Assembly (NCBI RefSeq): GCF_006345805.1
Contig: NC_043007.1
Coordinates: 31,434,001-31,498,000 of the forward strand
Direction: 5' to 3'
DNA: 64,000 bases
Source of the DNA: Octopus sinensis
Lineage: Eukaryota
Under the pieces are notes generated by a model. It was not told where the DNA came from. It saw nothing but the letters and a program-made list of their open reading frames with translations, and searched no databases. The position numbers and the translations under genes are program-made. Below are positions 12,119-24,844 of this stretch, in pieces (within the stretch, counting starts at the first letter, position 1; every line of letters begins with the position of its first letter).

Positions 12119-13309
12119 ATCGTTAGCACGCTGGACCAAAAGCTGCACGGCATTTCGTCCGTCTTTACATTTTAGGTTCAAATCTCGCCGAGGTCGACAG
12201 TTTCTTTTTAAAGTATCATATGATCACTGGGATCAATAATTGACCTGACCCTCCCTCCACCTAAATTCCAGGCTTTGTGTCTAAAGTACAAAGGATTATT
12301 CGTATCTTTAACGGAGAGCTGCCAGAATCGTCTCTACATCGGATAAAATGCATAATGGCATTTTTTCCGGCTCTTTTCATGCTAAGCTCAAATCCTGCAA
12401 AGACCGTTTTTTCCTTCCTCCTTTTCAGGATCGATAAAATAAAGTATCTATCAAGTACAGGGGTCAATATAATCGACTTACCCCGTCCCTCCGAAATTGC
12501 TGGCCTTATGCCAAAACCTAAAACCGTTCTTTTAGAGAAGATATTCTGGTTATTGCTTTGACTGTTTCTTCCCCACATTTCATGGAAAACGATTTCTATG
12601 TCTCCGCACACGCACAACCTATAAACGCCAAATTGTAAAGTTGGCGCTGACATACATCGAAGTAAGAAGCCAAACTATTTAATTAATTAAAATTAAATCC
12701 AGGGTGAGGAGAAAAACTCATTAGTTTAATGATTAAAGCTTGGCTCTTCCTTTGTGAGTCTAGCTTCAAGAAGAACAAACCCATGGAAGAGCAACTGATT
12801 GCTTGATCTGTTAGGAATAGCAACTAAATTACCTACAAATCACATCTATCTTCAAAAACTCTGATCGATCATCTGTCTTTTGTTTTGGTCACTAGGCTGC
12901 GGCCAGGCTGGGGCACTGCTTTGTAGGGATTTTGTCGAACTAAACGATCCCAGTGTATGTTTTAAAGTACGGTACTTATTCTATCGGTCTCTATTACCGA
13001 ACCGCTATGTTACATGGATGTAAATAAACTAACGCCAGTTGTCAAGCGCTGGAGGTGCGGGTGTGTATGCAAACTTATACATAAGACACACACACACACA
13101 CACAAAACGTATTATACACAACGGGCTTCTTTCATTTGCCGTCTATCAAACTCATACATGATGCTTTTGTGTATAATAGAAGCGACACGCCCAAGGTGCC
13201 GTGCAGTGGGACTGAACCCAAAACCCGTGGTTGCAAACTGAGTTTTTTTTTAACTACAAACCCATGGCTTCAAAATAGAAAAAGAAAAGAAAAAGAAACA
13301 AAGAAATAT

Positions 13310-13630
13310 AACCATCACTGCAGCAGCAGCAGTAGCAACGACAGCAACAAAAACAATAGTAGTAACAACAACAACAACAACAACAGCAAGAACATCGGCA
13401 TTAACAACGGTAGCAGCAACAACACCAGGAATAACAACAACAACAGTAACCACCACCACCACCACCATCACCACAACCTCCACCACCACCACCACCACCT
13501 CCTCCACCACCACCACAACCTTCACCGCCACCACCACCACCACCACAACCTCCACCACCACAACCTCCACCACCACAACCTCCACCACCACCACCACCAC
13601 AACAACAACAACAACAACAACAACAACAGT
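13310..13630. repeat. (CAG)/(CAA)/(CAC)n compound trinucleotide microsatellite
   Basis: Directly visible; it explains the His/Asn-rich ORF. Confidence 0.9.
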
Positions 13631-14261
13631 TTATGTTCTTCGAGTCTCATCTACCTCAGTTTAGTTGGCTCTTAAATCTGGACGGCAGGGGACCCTCCTT
13701 GGGGACCCTCCTCGGGGACATTGTGCGATTACAAGAGGGCGGCGGATGTGACGGGGGATACTGTGGTGGTGCCGGGTGGAGGTGTTGGGTGGTGATTTTT
13801 TCTTGGAAATATAATATTGAATCCAGTTACAATGGCGATGATTTGTTTAGACACATTTCCAAAACAGAAACTTTGTCAGGATTAGAATTTGGTATAGGAT
13901 GTTGTTTTATGAGTGAGCAGCAGAAAGCTGGCTGACGGCGTGCCATGGGCATGGCTGTGGGTTTAAGACGTTCGCTTTGCGGCCACATCGTTTCAGGTTC
14001 AATCCTGATCAATGACTTGTGAGAGTGAATTTCGTAAACGGTAAATGTATGGAAGCCCGCTGTATGCATGCATGCATGCATTTATGTATGTATGCATGTA
14101 TGTATGTATGTTTTATTTTTTACTTGTTTCAGTCATGTGAGTGCGGTACTTGTTTTATCGACCTCCGAAAGGATGAAAGGCAAAGTCGACCTCGGCGGAA
14201 TTTGAACTTAGAACGTAGAGGCGGGCAAAATACCGCTAAGCATTTCATGCGGGGTGCTAAC

Positions 14262-14301
<40 letters not shown>

Positions 14302-14382
14302 GATGAAGATGATGATTTCTTTATTAACCACAAGGGTTTACATTAAGAAAAACATTATGGACAGTAGAGGACAAAACAAAGA

Positions 14383-14422
<40 letters not shown>

Positions 14423-14499
14423 TGTGTGTGTTTGCGTGAGTGTGTGCTGTGAGGGTTTTGCGTGTAAGCAAGACTAACAAAATGGAAAAAAAATCCCCC

Positions 14500-14700
14500 A
14501 AAACAAATCAACAGTGTGTAATCTTCAGTAAAGGAAGAGACGTTAGTATTCCACGTAGATATCGAAAAAGGAAGCACGTGCGAGACGGAGTGAATCGTAT
14601 AAGAAGAACACGGCAGTAAATCACGGTGCAAAATTGGCTTTTTGTTTGCCAAAAAGAATCCGTTGTTTATAAAACGCCATCGGGTGAAAGAGGGCATTTG
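14500..14700 (-). mobile_element. Possible decayed LINE (CR1/Jockey-group) 3' end
   Basis: Minus-strand FSISTWNTNVSSFTEDYTL weakly resembles the FF.RT..LWN.LP...FP..Y.L terminus of such LINEs. Confidence 0.35.
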
Positions 14701-14954
14701 AGCTACGGAAGAGTGAGAATAAACTGCTCCAAATAAATAGACATAGATTCAGTAATGCCTTTTTATATCCCTATGGGTTTTGCTCATCATCTGGATGAAA
14801 CAGGTTATGTAAACAATCTGTCGTAACATAGGTTGCATTAACGACTTAATATAGGGCAGTTTATTTTAAGAACCTAAAAAAATAGGGTCGAGATGAAAGA
14901 TCAGGAATGATTTATATTATAGATGTAGTTTATTACATTACGTTTTGCCTTCTT

Positions 14955-15358
14955 GCTTGTTTCAGTTATTTGACTGCGGCCATACTGGGGCAGCGCCTTG
15001 AAGAATTCTTAGTAGATCGAATCGATCCTGGTATTTATCTTTTTTAAGTATAAGTTACGTGGATGTTAACACACCAACACCGGGTGGCGGACAAACACGG
15101 ACGCAAATACACACATACACATACATACGCACGCACACACGTACATACACACAGATATATACAACGGGATTCTTTCAGTTTCCGTCTACCAAAGAGGCGC
15201 AGGAGTGGCTGTGTGGTAAATAGCTTGCTTACCAGCCACATGGTTCCGGGTTCAGTCCCACTGCGTGGCACCTTGGGCAAGTGTCTTCTACTATAGCCTT
15301 GGACCAATCAAAGCCTTATGAGTGGATTTGGTAGACGGAAACTGAAAGAAGCCCGTCG

Positions 15359-15405
<47 letters not shown>

Positions 15406-15720
15406 ATGTTTGTGTGTCTATGTTCGTTCCCCCAACATTGCTTGATAACCGATGCTGGTGTGTTTACGTCCCAGTAACTTAGCGGTTCGGCAAGAGAGAT
15501 CGATAGAATAAACACTAGGATTACAAAGAATAAGTCCTGACGTCGATTTGCTTGACTAAAGGCGGTGCTCCAGCATGGCCGCAGTCAAATGACTGAAACA
15601 AATCAAAGAATAAAAGAATAAATCCACTCACAAGGGTTTGGTCGGCCCGAGCCTATCGTAGAAGACGCTTGCCCTAAGTGTCAACAGTGAGACACAACCC
15701 AGTACCATATGATTGGGGAG
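14955..15720 (-). mobile_element. Older SINE family A copy split by a nested insertion
   Basis: The sequence ..TTTCCGTCTACCAAA ends at 15193 and resumes as TCCACTCACAAGG at 15623. The two parts are contiguous in intact copies. Confidence 0.8.
15194..15622 (+). mobile_element. SINE family A, full length and young, nested
   Basis: Has a complete head, body, internal (TA)n(TG)n, 3' module and AAAGAATA tail. Confidence 0.92.
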
Positions 15721-16797
15721 AAGAAGAAGGAGCATGATTATTAAGAAAGGATTTAGGAATTGCAAAAAAACCCTAAGTTTTATAATTAGAATAGAAACTA
15801 CGAGCTCGAGGTCGCGAGTGCATCACTCGAACCACTGGACCTCACGCCTTCTAACCATGGTTGACACTTCGGCAAATCGGCGCAGGTTTTAGGGACAACG
15901 CGCTAATTTACACTCGAAAACAAATTAGCCGGAATGATACATTAGGGCCCCAAGTATATGATTGCGACTTGCAACCGAACAAGAATCGGTAGAAGAGATG
16001 ACGATCTTGGCTGGATTTGATCTCAGATGGTTGGCGAACGAGAGAAAACAGTGCAAAACATTTAGTCGAGCGATGTTATGTACACCAACTGGTTGCTCTT
16101 TCATTTTGTATAATTACTGAAATTACAAGTTTAGCTTCGGAAATACTTGTTATTTAACGACGATCATATGATATTAATGATATAATAATAATTAGATCGC
16201 ACATTAAAATATTAAACATTTTACCCCAACCCTCGGATTCCATGCCTTTAATGGAATAATTTTTTTCTGGCTGGTTATGCGTCTAAAATGGCGAGATGAC
16301 TAAATACCAAAGTTATTTAGACCACGCCTTTCATTCTTGAAACATAATTTCGATTCCACATCAAACTATGGAGTTTTTGGTTTTTCTCTCACTAAACATA
16401 AAGGTCCACAGAGCTCAGGAACAGAGACTGCAAGGGGTGCGAGCAAACCCCCTAGAAATTTTTAAGGGACAATGAAAACGCTTTGAGTACCCTGGGATGG
16501 ACCTGAGTTTGCAAACCCTTAGTAAATTACATTCCTGCATTTATTTAAAGGTTCTTTATTTTAAAGGAAATAAAGTAAAAACTCGTGATTTTCATGTTTC
16601 CGAGAGACATTCTTATTGCTTTGTCTGAGGAGAAAAAGCAGAGGCATTTATGTTTTCCAATGGCTGTGATTGATGAAACCAAGAGAAATATATCCTCAGA
16701 TCGGATCTCGGCTCGAATGATTACAGCTGTATGTACCCCGCTAAAGGCAACCAAGGGATTAGGCGGTGAGATTAACTTGGGAATGGATTAAAACTTT

Positions 16798-16954
16798 CAG
16801 TGGCGTAGCTATAGTGTATGCTGCCCGGGGTCACCATTGAGTTTGCCGCCCTCTCTCCGGGTCCTCAAGCCTCTACAGGATTATACAGTACACCCAAAAG
16901 TTCCATCCCTATAAGTGCCACCCGGAGCAGAACCCCCGATCAGCTATGCAACTG
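16798..16954. mobile_element. hAT (Tip100-like) MITE
   Basis: Imperfect TIRs CAGTGGCGTAGCT / AGCTATGCAACTG. No TSD is retained. Confidence 0.6.
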
Positions 16955-17564
16955 AGGTCTACCAACGTAGTCCGACAGCCTTTCATACAGTTTCTGTTTT
17001 CTTCTGTCAAATTTCCCTAATTGACCCTTAAGCTATAGTGGAAAAAGAACTTGTTCCATGTGACGCGTTGTGGGACTGAACCTGAAGTCATGCAACTTAA
17101 AAGCGAACTTCTTAACCACACAGCTATGCCTTCGCTCATTAGAGACGTGCAAAGAAGTGAATTGGTATCATTCAGATATTGAAACCGGACATCTTCTGCA
17201 CAAAGTACTTGAGATTGTAACCCAGATAAATGTGTGTGTGTGTGTGTGCGTGTGTGTATAAATACGTATGTATGTGTATATATAATATACACACACACAT
17301 ACATATATGAAGAGAAAGGGAGAGAGAGAGGAAAAAAGAGATTTGTATCTTATTCAGGACAACGCCCTTTTAATAACATTCTCTCTCTCTCGATGTATCC
17401 GGACATATTTCGTTTCAAATCTTGTGATATCAAATTACATTTGTAGAAACATCTCCATCATTTCCACTTGAGCTTCCATCCGCCCCAAAAACCTCACGCC
17501 TTCCATACACACAAGGACACGCATTTATCGGAGGAGAAACATAAGCAAATACAACAATATGGTA

Positions 17565-17784
17565 TACGAGGGGCGCTGTAAAATTCCCAGCTTTAAGGGT
17601 GTCGCGAAAGACTTGGTTGGGGGCCCAACCTTCCGACTTCTTTTACAGGGCATAGAAAAACTGAAGGACCACAGCAATAAGTATGTGAATCTGAGAGGGG
17701 AATATGTTGAATAAAATCATAATTTACTGATCCTGCTGTATTTTCTTTTCCCCAAAGCCAGGAACTTTTCAGCATCCCTTCGTA
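17565..17784 (+). mobile_element. Mariner-derived MITE (internal deletion derivative)
   Basis: TIRs TA-CGAGGGGCGCTGTAAAATTCCCAGC / GCCAGGAACTTTTCAGCATCCCTTCG-TA. The internal GIEKLKDHSNKYVNLRGEYVE* is a mariner transposase C-terminus. Confidence 0.85.
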
Positions 17785-18008
17785 TTACTGGAACTTATTT
17801 TATCCGTTCGAGAAGTATGGAAGGCAATACAGATTTTAAATTAATCTGGCCTCAGATTGTAAAAGGCAGGAGTTAAATTATGTAATGTTTAATCATCGAT
17901 GCGCTACGAAGTGAGATGCTAAGCCCTTTGTGACCAGAATCTAAAGGAAGGCTCAGATTCAGTTTCAAGTTCCTGCAACTTAGCTTCATTCTTTTGGTTT
18001 TTACCGTG

Positions 18009-18330
18009 AAGGCGCGTAGCTTAGTGGTTAGGGTGTTCAGCTCACGATCGTATGATCACGCGTTCAATTCCCGGCGACGCATTGTGTCCTTGAGCAAGAC
18101 ACTTTATTTCACGTTGCTCCAAGTCCACTCAGCTGGCAAAAATGAGATGTACCTGTATTTAAAAGGGCTGGGGGGGGGGTGGCAGCCTTGTCGCGTTTGA
18201 TGTGTCACACTGAGTCTCCCTGAGAGCTACGTTAAGGTCACGCGTGCCTGCGGAGTGCTCAGCCACTTGAACATTAACTTCACGAGCAGGTTGTTCTGGA
18301 ACAACTGGAACACTCGTCGTCGTAACAGCA
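18009..18330 (+). mobile_element. SINE family B variant
   Basis: Contains AAGGCGCGTAGCTTAGTGGTTAGG..CGTTCAATTCCC..CTTGAGCAAGACACTTTATTTCACG. Confidence 0.8.
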
Positions 18331-19370
18331 TTTCCATTTTTTCGGACTTTACGTTCTGTGTTCAAATTCTACCGAGCTCTACTTAGCCATTCTTCCTTTC
18401 GGGGACGATAAAATATATACTAGTTGAGCAGTGGGGACGATATAATCGACTAGCTCTTTCCCCCCAAATGTTAGGCCTTGTGTCTACCGCAGAAAGAATT
18501 ATATTTGCTAGGAGGAGTAAGAATTGACAAACGTGAACTTGTTTTATAAAAGCAAAGGATTCAAGGCGAAAGTGCGTTGAAGTGCTTTTCAGGGGAAATT
18601 CCCGAGGGGAAAAAGCTGAAGGCTATTTAGGCTCTAAAACAGTTTTGACTATAGTGAAAAGGTCATAAGTGTAAAAAAGGAAGAGAGAGAGAGAGATAGA
18701 AAGAGAGAGGGGGGAAGAAAGTGTTAGAAGTGGTTGAGAGAGAGATACAGGAACAGAGAAAGGGTAATGAATAACTGGGGGTAGGTGAAGAAATGAGAAG
18801 GAGGAAATAGTAAGGGATAAGAGAGCGTGAGTAGAAAGGGAGATAAGCAAGAGAATGCAAAAACCAGCTAGAGGAGAGAGAGAGAGACAGAGAGACAGAG
18901 AAAGAGAGAAAGGGGTTTGTTAGAGGAAGGGGAGGAGAACAAAAGCTAAAGAGAGATGCCAAGAAGTTTTTAAAGTTTCGAGATGTACTTGATTAGATTA
19001 CAAAAGATATTTTTGGAAGGCGATTCCTTGCAGATGTGCTGAACAAATAACTCGTGTGCGGGTGTGTCTTCTTATCTCGGACCGAGTTCGGGCTGTCTGT
19101 TTGTAAACGTTTGCACGCATCTGTATTACGATGTGCGCGTGTATGATGGCAAATCCTATCATATATGAGTGTGTGCGTCTGTGTTTGTGTATGTGGTGCA
19201 TGTATGCATGTATGTGTATATATATATGTATGTATATATTATATATATATATATATTATCATAAGAGATAAACACTTAGACACACACACACATATATATA
19301 TATAAACACTTACATATGTTATATATATATATATATTATATATATATAAACACTTAATATATGTATATAT

Positions 19371-19426
<56 letters not shown>

Positions 19427-20194
19427 CATATATGTATTTATGTATATACGTAAATATGTGTGTATGTATATATACATATATACAATAGCTAATTATTATT
19501 TATATGTGAGTATATGTAGCTGTGTGTGTGTGTGGTGAGTGAGTGCGCGTGTTTGGGTGTGTATTCACAAACAGTTGCCTATCTGATAATTTTGATTTCA
19601 AACTATGCGGCTCTCTATGTGGTACAGCAGTGATTCACTAGGCTTTAGAGGGCGCTAGCAACTAACTGTGCCTATTTCTGCACAACCGAGTCGCGTGTAT
19701 TTATAATGAAATTGTTCGAAATCATTTGGAAAGTCCCCTTCGTAAAAGTTGCGCATTTGTTGCTGGTTGAGAGCAGGAAGTTGAAAGGAACTGCCGGTGC
19801 ACTTAAATTGTCGTTTTACATACGGCAGTTGCAGCGCTGCTCTAAATCCCAATTGGTTGAGTTCTGTGCAGTCAGTACACACACACACAGAGGCATGCAC
19901 GCACACACTCGCGTGCGGGCATATACAGATATATTTGTCAATCTGCTGGCTTTCTTGCCTCGAATAGTTGGCTGGGCGTAGCAGCTTGGTGAAATTACAG
20001 ATATTTTAGATTTTGTTGCTGACAGATAAGCAGCGCATAAAGTTCTGTTCACCCCTCTTGTAGTTGGGGTGTGGTGTATCCGTTGTTGGTAAACGTGGCG
20101 TGTTGGTGAATAGTTCTTTTATAATTGCTGTCAAGGTGATTGTGTCAAATCTAGGTCTTTCTACTTGAGGGTTATTATTTTTTGTAGGTAGAAG

Positions 20195-20345
20195 CGGCGT
20201 TCGAGGAAATATTTTTTCCTGTTTCAACACTTAAAGAGCATCTCTTGTCTTTTATTAAATTCCTCTAAAGGTTGTTTGAATCTGTTATATTTCTTGACCC
20301 AGACAACATCCATTGACATAAAGAGTTCAGGTTTCTTCGATTGCA
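20195..20345 (-). mobile_element. Penelope-like element, C-terminal (post GIY-YIG) fragment
   Basis: Minus-strand EEFNKRQEMLFKC*NRKKYFLE resembles the Penelope LNKRSEL.SKCRHRNKFLL terminus. Confidence 0.5.
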
Positions 20346-20704
20346 GCCCAGATTTCTTAGGTATTATTGAATCACCAATCCTGTTTTCAGATTGGATTGA
20401 ATTGGATTGCCCATGTCCAATCCATTGCAGGGCGATGGCTTGAGTTTTTTCTCTTCATCAACTGCGATCTGATGTGAAGGTTGTAAATTTAAGCTTGAGA
20501 TCATACTGGTTTGATTAGCCTACTCTGTCACATTGGGTAGATATGGTTTAACAGAGGGATGTAGTTTTTATTCTCTTACTCAGGAGTAGTGAAGTCGATT
20601 ACATCGACCCAAGTCCTGAACTGGTACTGTTTCCAGATATGTTGGGGTATATCTGATCAGGTATATAGCGTACCATTAATACATGTCTCCTCGCTTTATC
20701 CTAA

Positions 20705-21270
20705 AACGTCACTATCCTCTGGGATTTTCCAGTCAACACCGACAAAACGATCCAGGCTAATCGACCAGACATAGTCATTATAGACAGATAAGAAAATACT
20801 AATTGATGTAGTGTTCCCACTGATAAAAATATATCTGTAAAGGAATTTGACAAATTAAGTAAACATAAGGACCTGGAAATTGAAATACAAAAGATGTGGC
20901 ATCTTAAAACGAGAACTGTTCCTGTTATTGTGGGTGCCCTAGGTATGGTAAGAAAGGGATGTCAGAAACATCTCGATAATATCCCAGGAGCACCATGTAT
21001 CAGAGAAATCCAAAATATTTTGCTGACAAGTGCTGCCTACTTCCTTAGAAAAACCCTATCCATTTAAATATCTCTGTTGTATTACATGAAGACATTTCGC
21101 TATTGTCCCTACCACTTCCCCTCCCCAAGCTTTCAGTCATACTGTTACATCTCTTTTCCTTCACTCACCCTTGGGCGACAAGTGATTGTAACAAACATGC
21201 CGAGGAAAAGTAAATAGTAATAAAATAATAATAATAATGATAACAACAACAACAACAATAATAATTATAA
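20705..21270 (+). mobile_element. R4/Dong-clade non-LTR retrotransposon, 5'-truncated (restriction-like endonuclease domain, 3' UTR, (TAA)n tail)
   Basis: Translates to NVTILWDFPVNTDKTIQANRPDIVIID..LIDV..PTDKNISVKEFDKLSKHKDLEIEIQKMWHLKTRTVPVIVGALG..FLRKTLSI*, with the stop at 21065-21067. The RPD..D and K..KY.DL motifs are present. Confidence 0.9.
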
Positions 21271-21284
21271 TCTTTTCTGCTAAA

Positions 21285-21472
21285 GGCACCAGGCCTGAAA
21301 TTTGGCAGGAGAGGAATAGTCGATTACATCGAACCCAGTGCGTAACTGGTACTTATTCCATCGACTGCGAAAGGATGAAAAGCAAAGTCGACCTCGGCGG
21401 AATTTGAACTCAAATCGTGAAGTCGAAAGAAATGCTGTAGTACATTTTCACCGGTATGCTAATAATTCTGCC
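21285..21472 (-). mobile_element. SINE family C
   Basis: It is the reverse complement of the family C central region. Confidence 0.8.
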
Positions 21473-21823
21473 ATGATGATGATGGGGATGATGACGACGA
21501 CAACGACGACGACTGCAGTGATGCTGATGCTGAGAAGGCTGATGCTGATGACGATGGAGATGACGACGACAGCAACGATGATGATGCTGATGATGATAGC
21601 AAATAGTTTTGTTACCATGGGTACGTCGGAATGGCGTATTCCTACACAAAACCTTTGCAACAATTATTCACATTTCAATTTGAATCTCTTGAAGTTCTTT
21701 TGCCTGACACGAAAAAAGTTTTATTCCAGATTTTATCACACGGAAGAAACTCGCTCGCGCACCACATTATGTGCACATTTCTGTATGTGTGCGTATGTGT
21801 GTCAATGTGTGCGTATATATATA

Positions 21824-21886
<63 letters not shown>

Positions 21887-22544
21887 TATATGTATATATA
21901 TACTTATGATACACACACGCACATATATGTACACATATAGACACACACATGCATACATACATACTTACATACATACAAACACATGTATGTATACATACAC
22001 ACATGCATACATGTATATGTATGTATATATATATATATATATATTTAGATATATATGTATATATATTCATATTTATGTGTAAATATGTATGCATATATAT
22101 ATATGTAAGTATATATATGTATATACTTATATATATATGTAGATATATATGTATATATATATATATATATATGTGTGTGCGTGTGTGTGTGTGCGTCTGT
22201 GTGTGTGTATATATATATACACATGCATCCATCCTTTTCTCCTTGTTTACACCAAGGAATGTCTGATATAAAACTGAAAAGCAAGAGAGTCTGGGGAATG
22301 ACGTCAAAGATTAAGCATTTTGATTTCATTGTTGGGTAGAAAATGGAGACGAATGTGAGGAGAGGGAGAAGAGGAAGAAGAGGAAGGGAGGGAGGGAGAA
22401 GGCGAAGGGGAAGTGGAGAGGAAAAGCAAGAATAAGGCAGAAGGTTGCCTCAATGTGAACCCTTCGGCACCTAACCCAGGGGAAAGGAAAGGCAAAGGAA
22501 ACAGCAAAAGGTGACTCCCACCCCCACCACTGCCGCCGCCGCCC

Positions 22545-22575
<31 letters not shown>

Positions 22576-22649
22576 GTGAGCGGCATTGAATTTCGCAAAG
22601 GAAGGAAACCAATTTTGAAGAGCAATTAAATTAAGGTGAATGATGAGAG

Positions 22650-23720
22650 ACGAAGGTGGCGGCGGTGGCGGCGGTGGATAATGGTAATGATGTTGGCAGT
22701 GGCTGTTGTTGTGGAGTGGTGATGGTCGTTATGTGGACTGGCGATGATCGTTATTGTTGTCTGTTGTTGTTATTGTTGTTGGTGTTGGTGATGGTGGTGA
22801 TGGTATAGCCGTTGATGATTGTGGTGGTGGCGTTATTATTGTTGTTGTTTGTGATGGTGGTGCTGGTGGTGGTTGCGGTTGTAGCTATGGTCGTAGTGGT
22901 CGAAGTTTGTTGCTGTGGTGGTGGTGGTGCTGGTGGTGGTGGTAGGGACGTAGTTGTAATTGTTGTTGGTGGAGGGGATGGTGTTGTGATTGTTGTTGTT
23001 GTTAGTGGTGGTGGTAATGTTGTAATTATTGTCGTTGGCGGTGAAGATGGTGGTGGGGATGGTGGTAGTGGTGGGGGAGTTGTAATTGTTGTTGCTGGTG
23101 ACGGTGGTGGTGGTAGTGGTGGTGGTAGTGGTGATGGATGGGGTTGATGCTGATGATGATCGTCGTTGAAATTATATCTGGGATGGTGGGTGGGTGGGGG
23201 GGACGAGGTGAAGCTTGTTGTTCCTGCGACGGTGGGGAATAGTGATAGAGGTGGTGGTGGTGAAGAGAAGACTTGACTGGTGGTGGTGGTGGTGTGTTTG
23301 ACGGCGATGGCGACGGTGCATAGCGATCGTGCATTAGAGTGCCTGAAAACAGGAGCTTATTGTATGTACCAGTGTAGGGAAAAAAGGGGCTGAATGCAGA
23401 ACAGAATCAGAAATAACTTAAGAGAAGGAAAGGGGAGGAGGGGAGAAAGAAGAGGAGGAGGAGGAGGGATGCCAGTAGAAGTTTTGTTTGTGGTGGTGGG
23501 GGTGGGAGTGTTGGGTAGAGTAATGGTGGTGCAAGGAGTAGTAAAGGGGTGGGGGGGGTGGGGAACGGTTGTAAAGCTTGTAATGGATGCTGGTACACAG
23601 GATACATACATGAGATAACAACGGCGAGAAGAGAGAGAGAGAGGAATTTTTGTTGTAGAAGTAGTAGTAGTGGGGTGGTAGTGGTGGTGGTAGTGGTGGT
23701 GTGTTGTAGTTGTTGTAATA
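22650..23720. repeat. (GGT)/(GTT)-rich low-complexity region
   Basis: Degenerate trinucleotide arrays. Confidence 0.85.
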
Positions 23721-23819
23721 AAGATATCTAAAAAATACTTGTTTAGTCCCAAGTCTCAAGGTGAAGATCCAACCATCTATATTTATATATCTTTCCCTTC
23801 CTCTGTCTGCCTGTCTCTG

Positions 23820-23850
<31 letters not shown>

Positions 23851-23855
23851 GGATG

Positions 23856-23889
<34 letters not shown>

Positions 23890-24667
23890 TGTATGTATGT
23901 ATGTATATATATATAAATCTCAAGAGTTATTGAAATAAAAAAGTTCCTTAAAAATCTCGTCGTAATGCAGGATACCCGTAACGCGAAATCGGTTTTCTCA
24001 TAAATATTCATGTTATAAAGAGGGATGCGTTCCGACAAATTTCTTTTTCTTTCTTTCTTTATTATTTTATTTTTTTCTGCAGAAAACAAACAAACAACAG
24101 AAACAAGAACCTCGACCACTTTCGTGCATGACAATTTCTAAACATGCGCAGTACAGTATGTTTACATGAAAAACAAAACAAAACAAAAAGCCAACAAGCA
24201 AAAGACGAAAACAAGCATCTCAAGAGAAAAATACCCTTGGGAATAAAGTATTCCATAATATCGCAACTGGGTACGTTCATTCCGCAAATAGATGCTAACT
24301 ATTGCGTGAGGGGTGGTGATGGAACGAGTGTTACTGGGAGGTTGAGGGACAATGTCTTCCATCGTTTTGTTCAAAACCATCAACAATTCTCAAGAGAGGT
24401 GAAGCATTTATCTAAATTCTTTGAAGTTTGTAGCGCATCGTTTTTTTTTTTCTTTTTTGGTACAGTTCAGCGTAGGAACTGAACTTGTAAACTCCTCTTG
24501 TAATTTCTGTGTTAAGTTCACGATTAGGGTCATTATCAGCAAAAAAAAACTTGCGGAACTTCTTGTACTAATGCCAACCACTTAGCTGTATTCTTTGCAG
24601 TCAATTTAAATAGTGATGGCGGAATTTCCGTATTCTCACCTGTATTTTTAGTTTGTCTTTGTTCTAA

Positions 24668-24740
24668 CATAGGGGTTCCCAACCGGTGGTTCCCGAACTC
24701 CTGGGGGGTCGCAAAACCTTGGCAGTGGGGTCGCGTAGCC
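24668..24740 (+). mobile_element. hAT-Charlie-like terminal fragment
   Basis: TAGGGGTTCCCAACCGGTGG..GGGGGGTCGC..GGGGTCGCG is typical of Charlie-type ends. Confidence 0.45.
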
Positions 24741-24844
24741 TTGCTAGAAGAGGCTTTGGATAATATTAATTTCAGCTATCAACTGATAGTAAGGGGTCGA
24801 CTACGAAGGAATATACAACAACAACAACAAAAATATGTTAGGAC

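Noticed and set aside
13136-13675. 179-aa poly-Asn/poly-His ORF
   Set aside because: It starts inside a SINE and runs through a trinucleotide microsatellite, with no domain or splice evidence.
22754-23752. Gly/Val- and His/Pro-rich ORFs
   Set aside because: They derive from low-complexity (GGT)n sequence.
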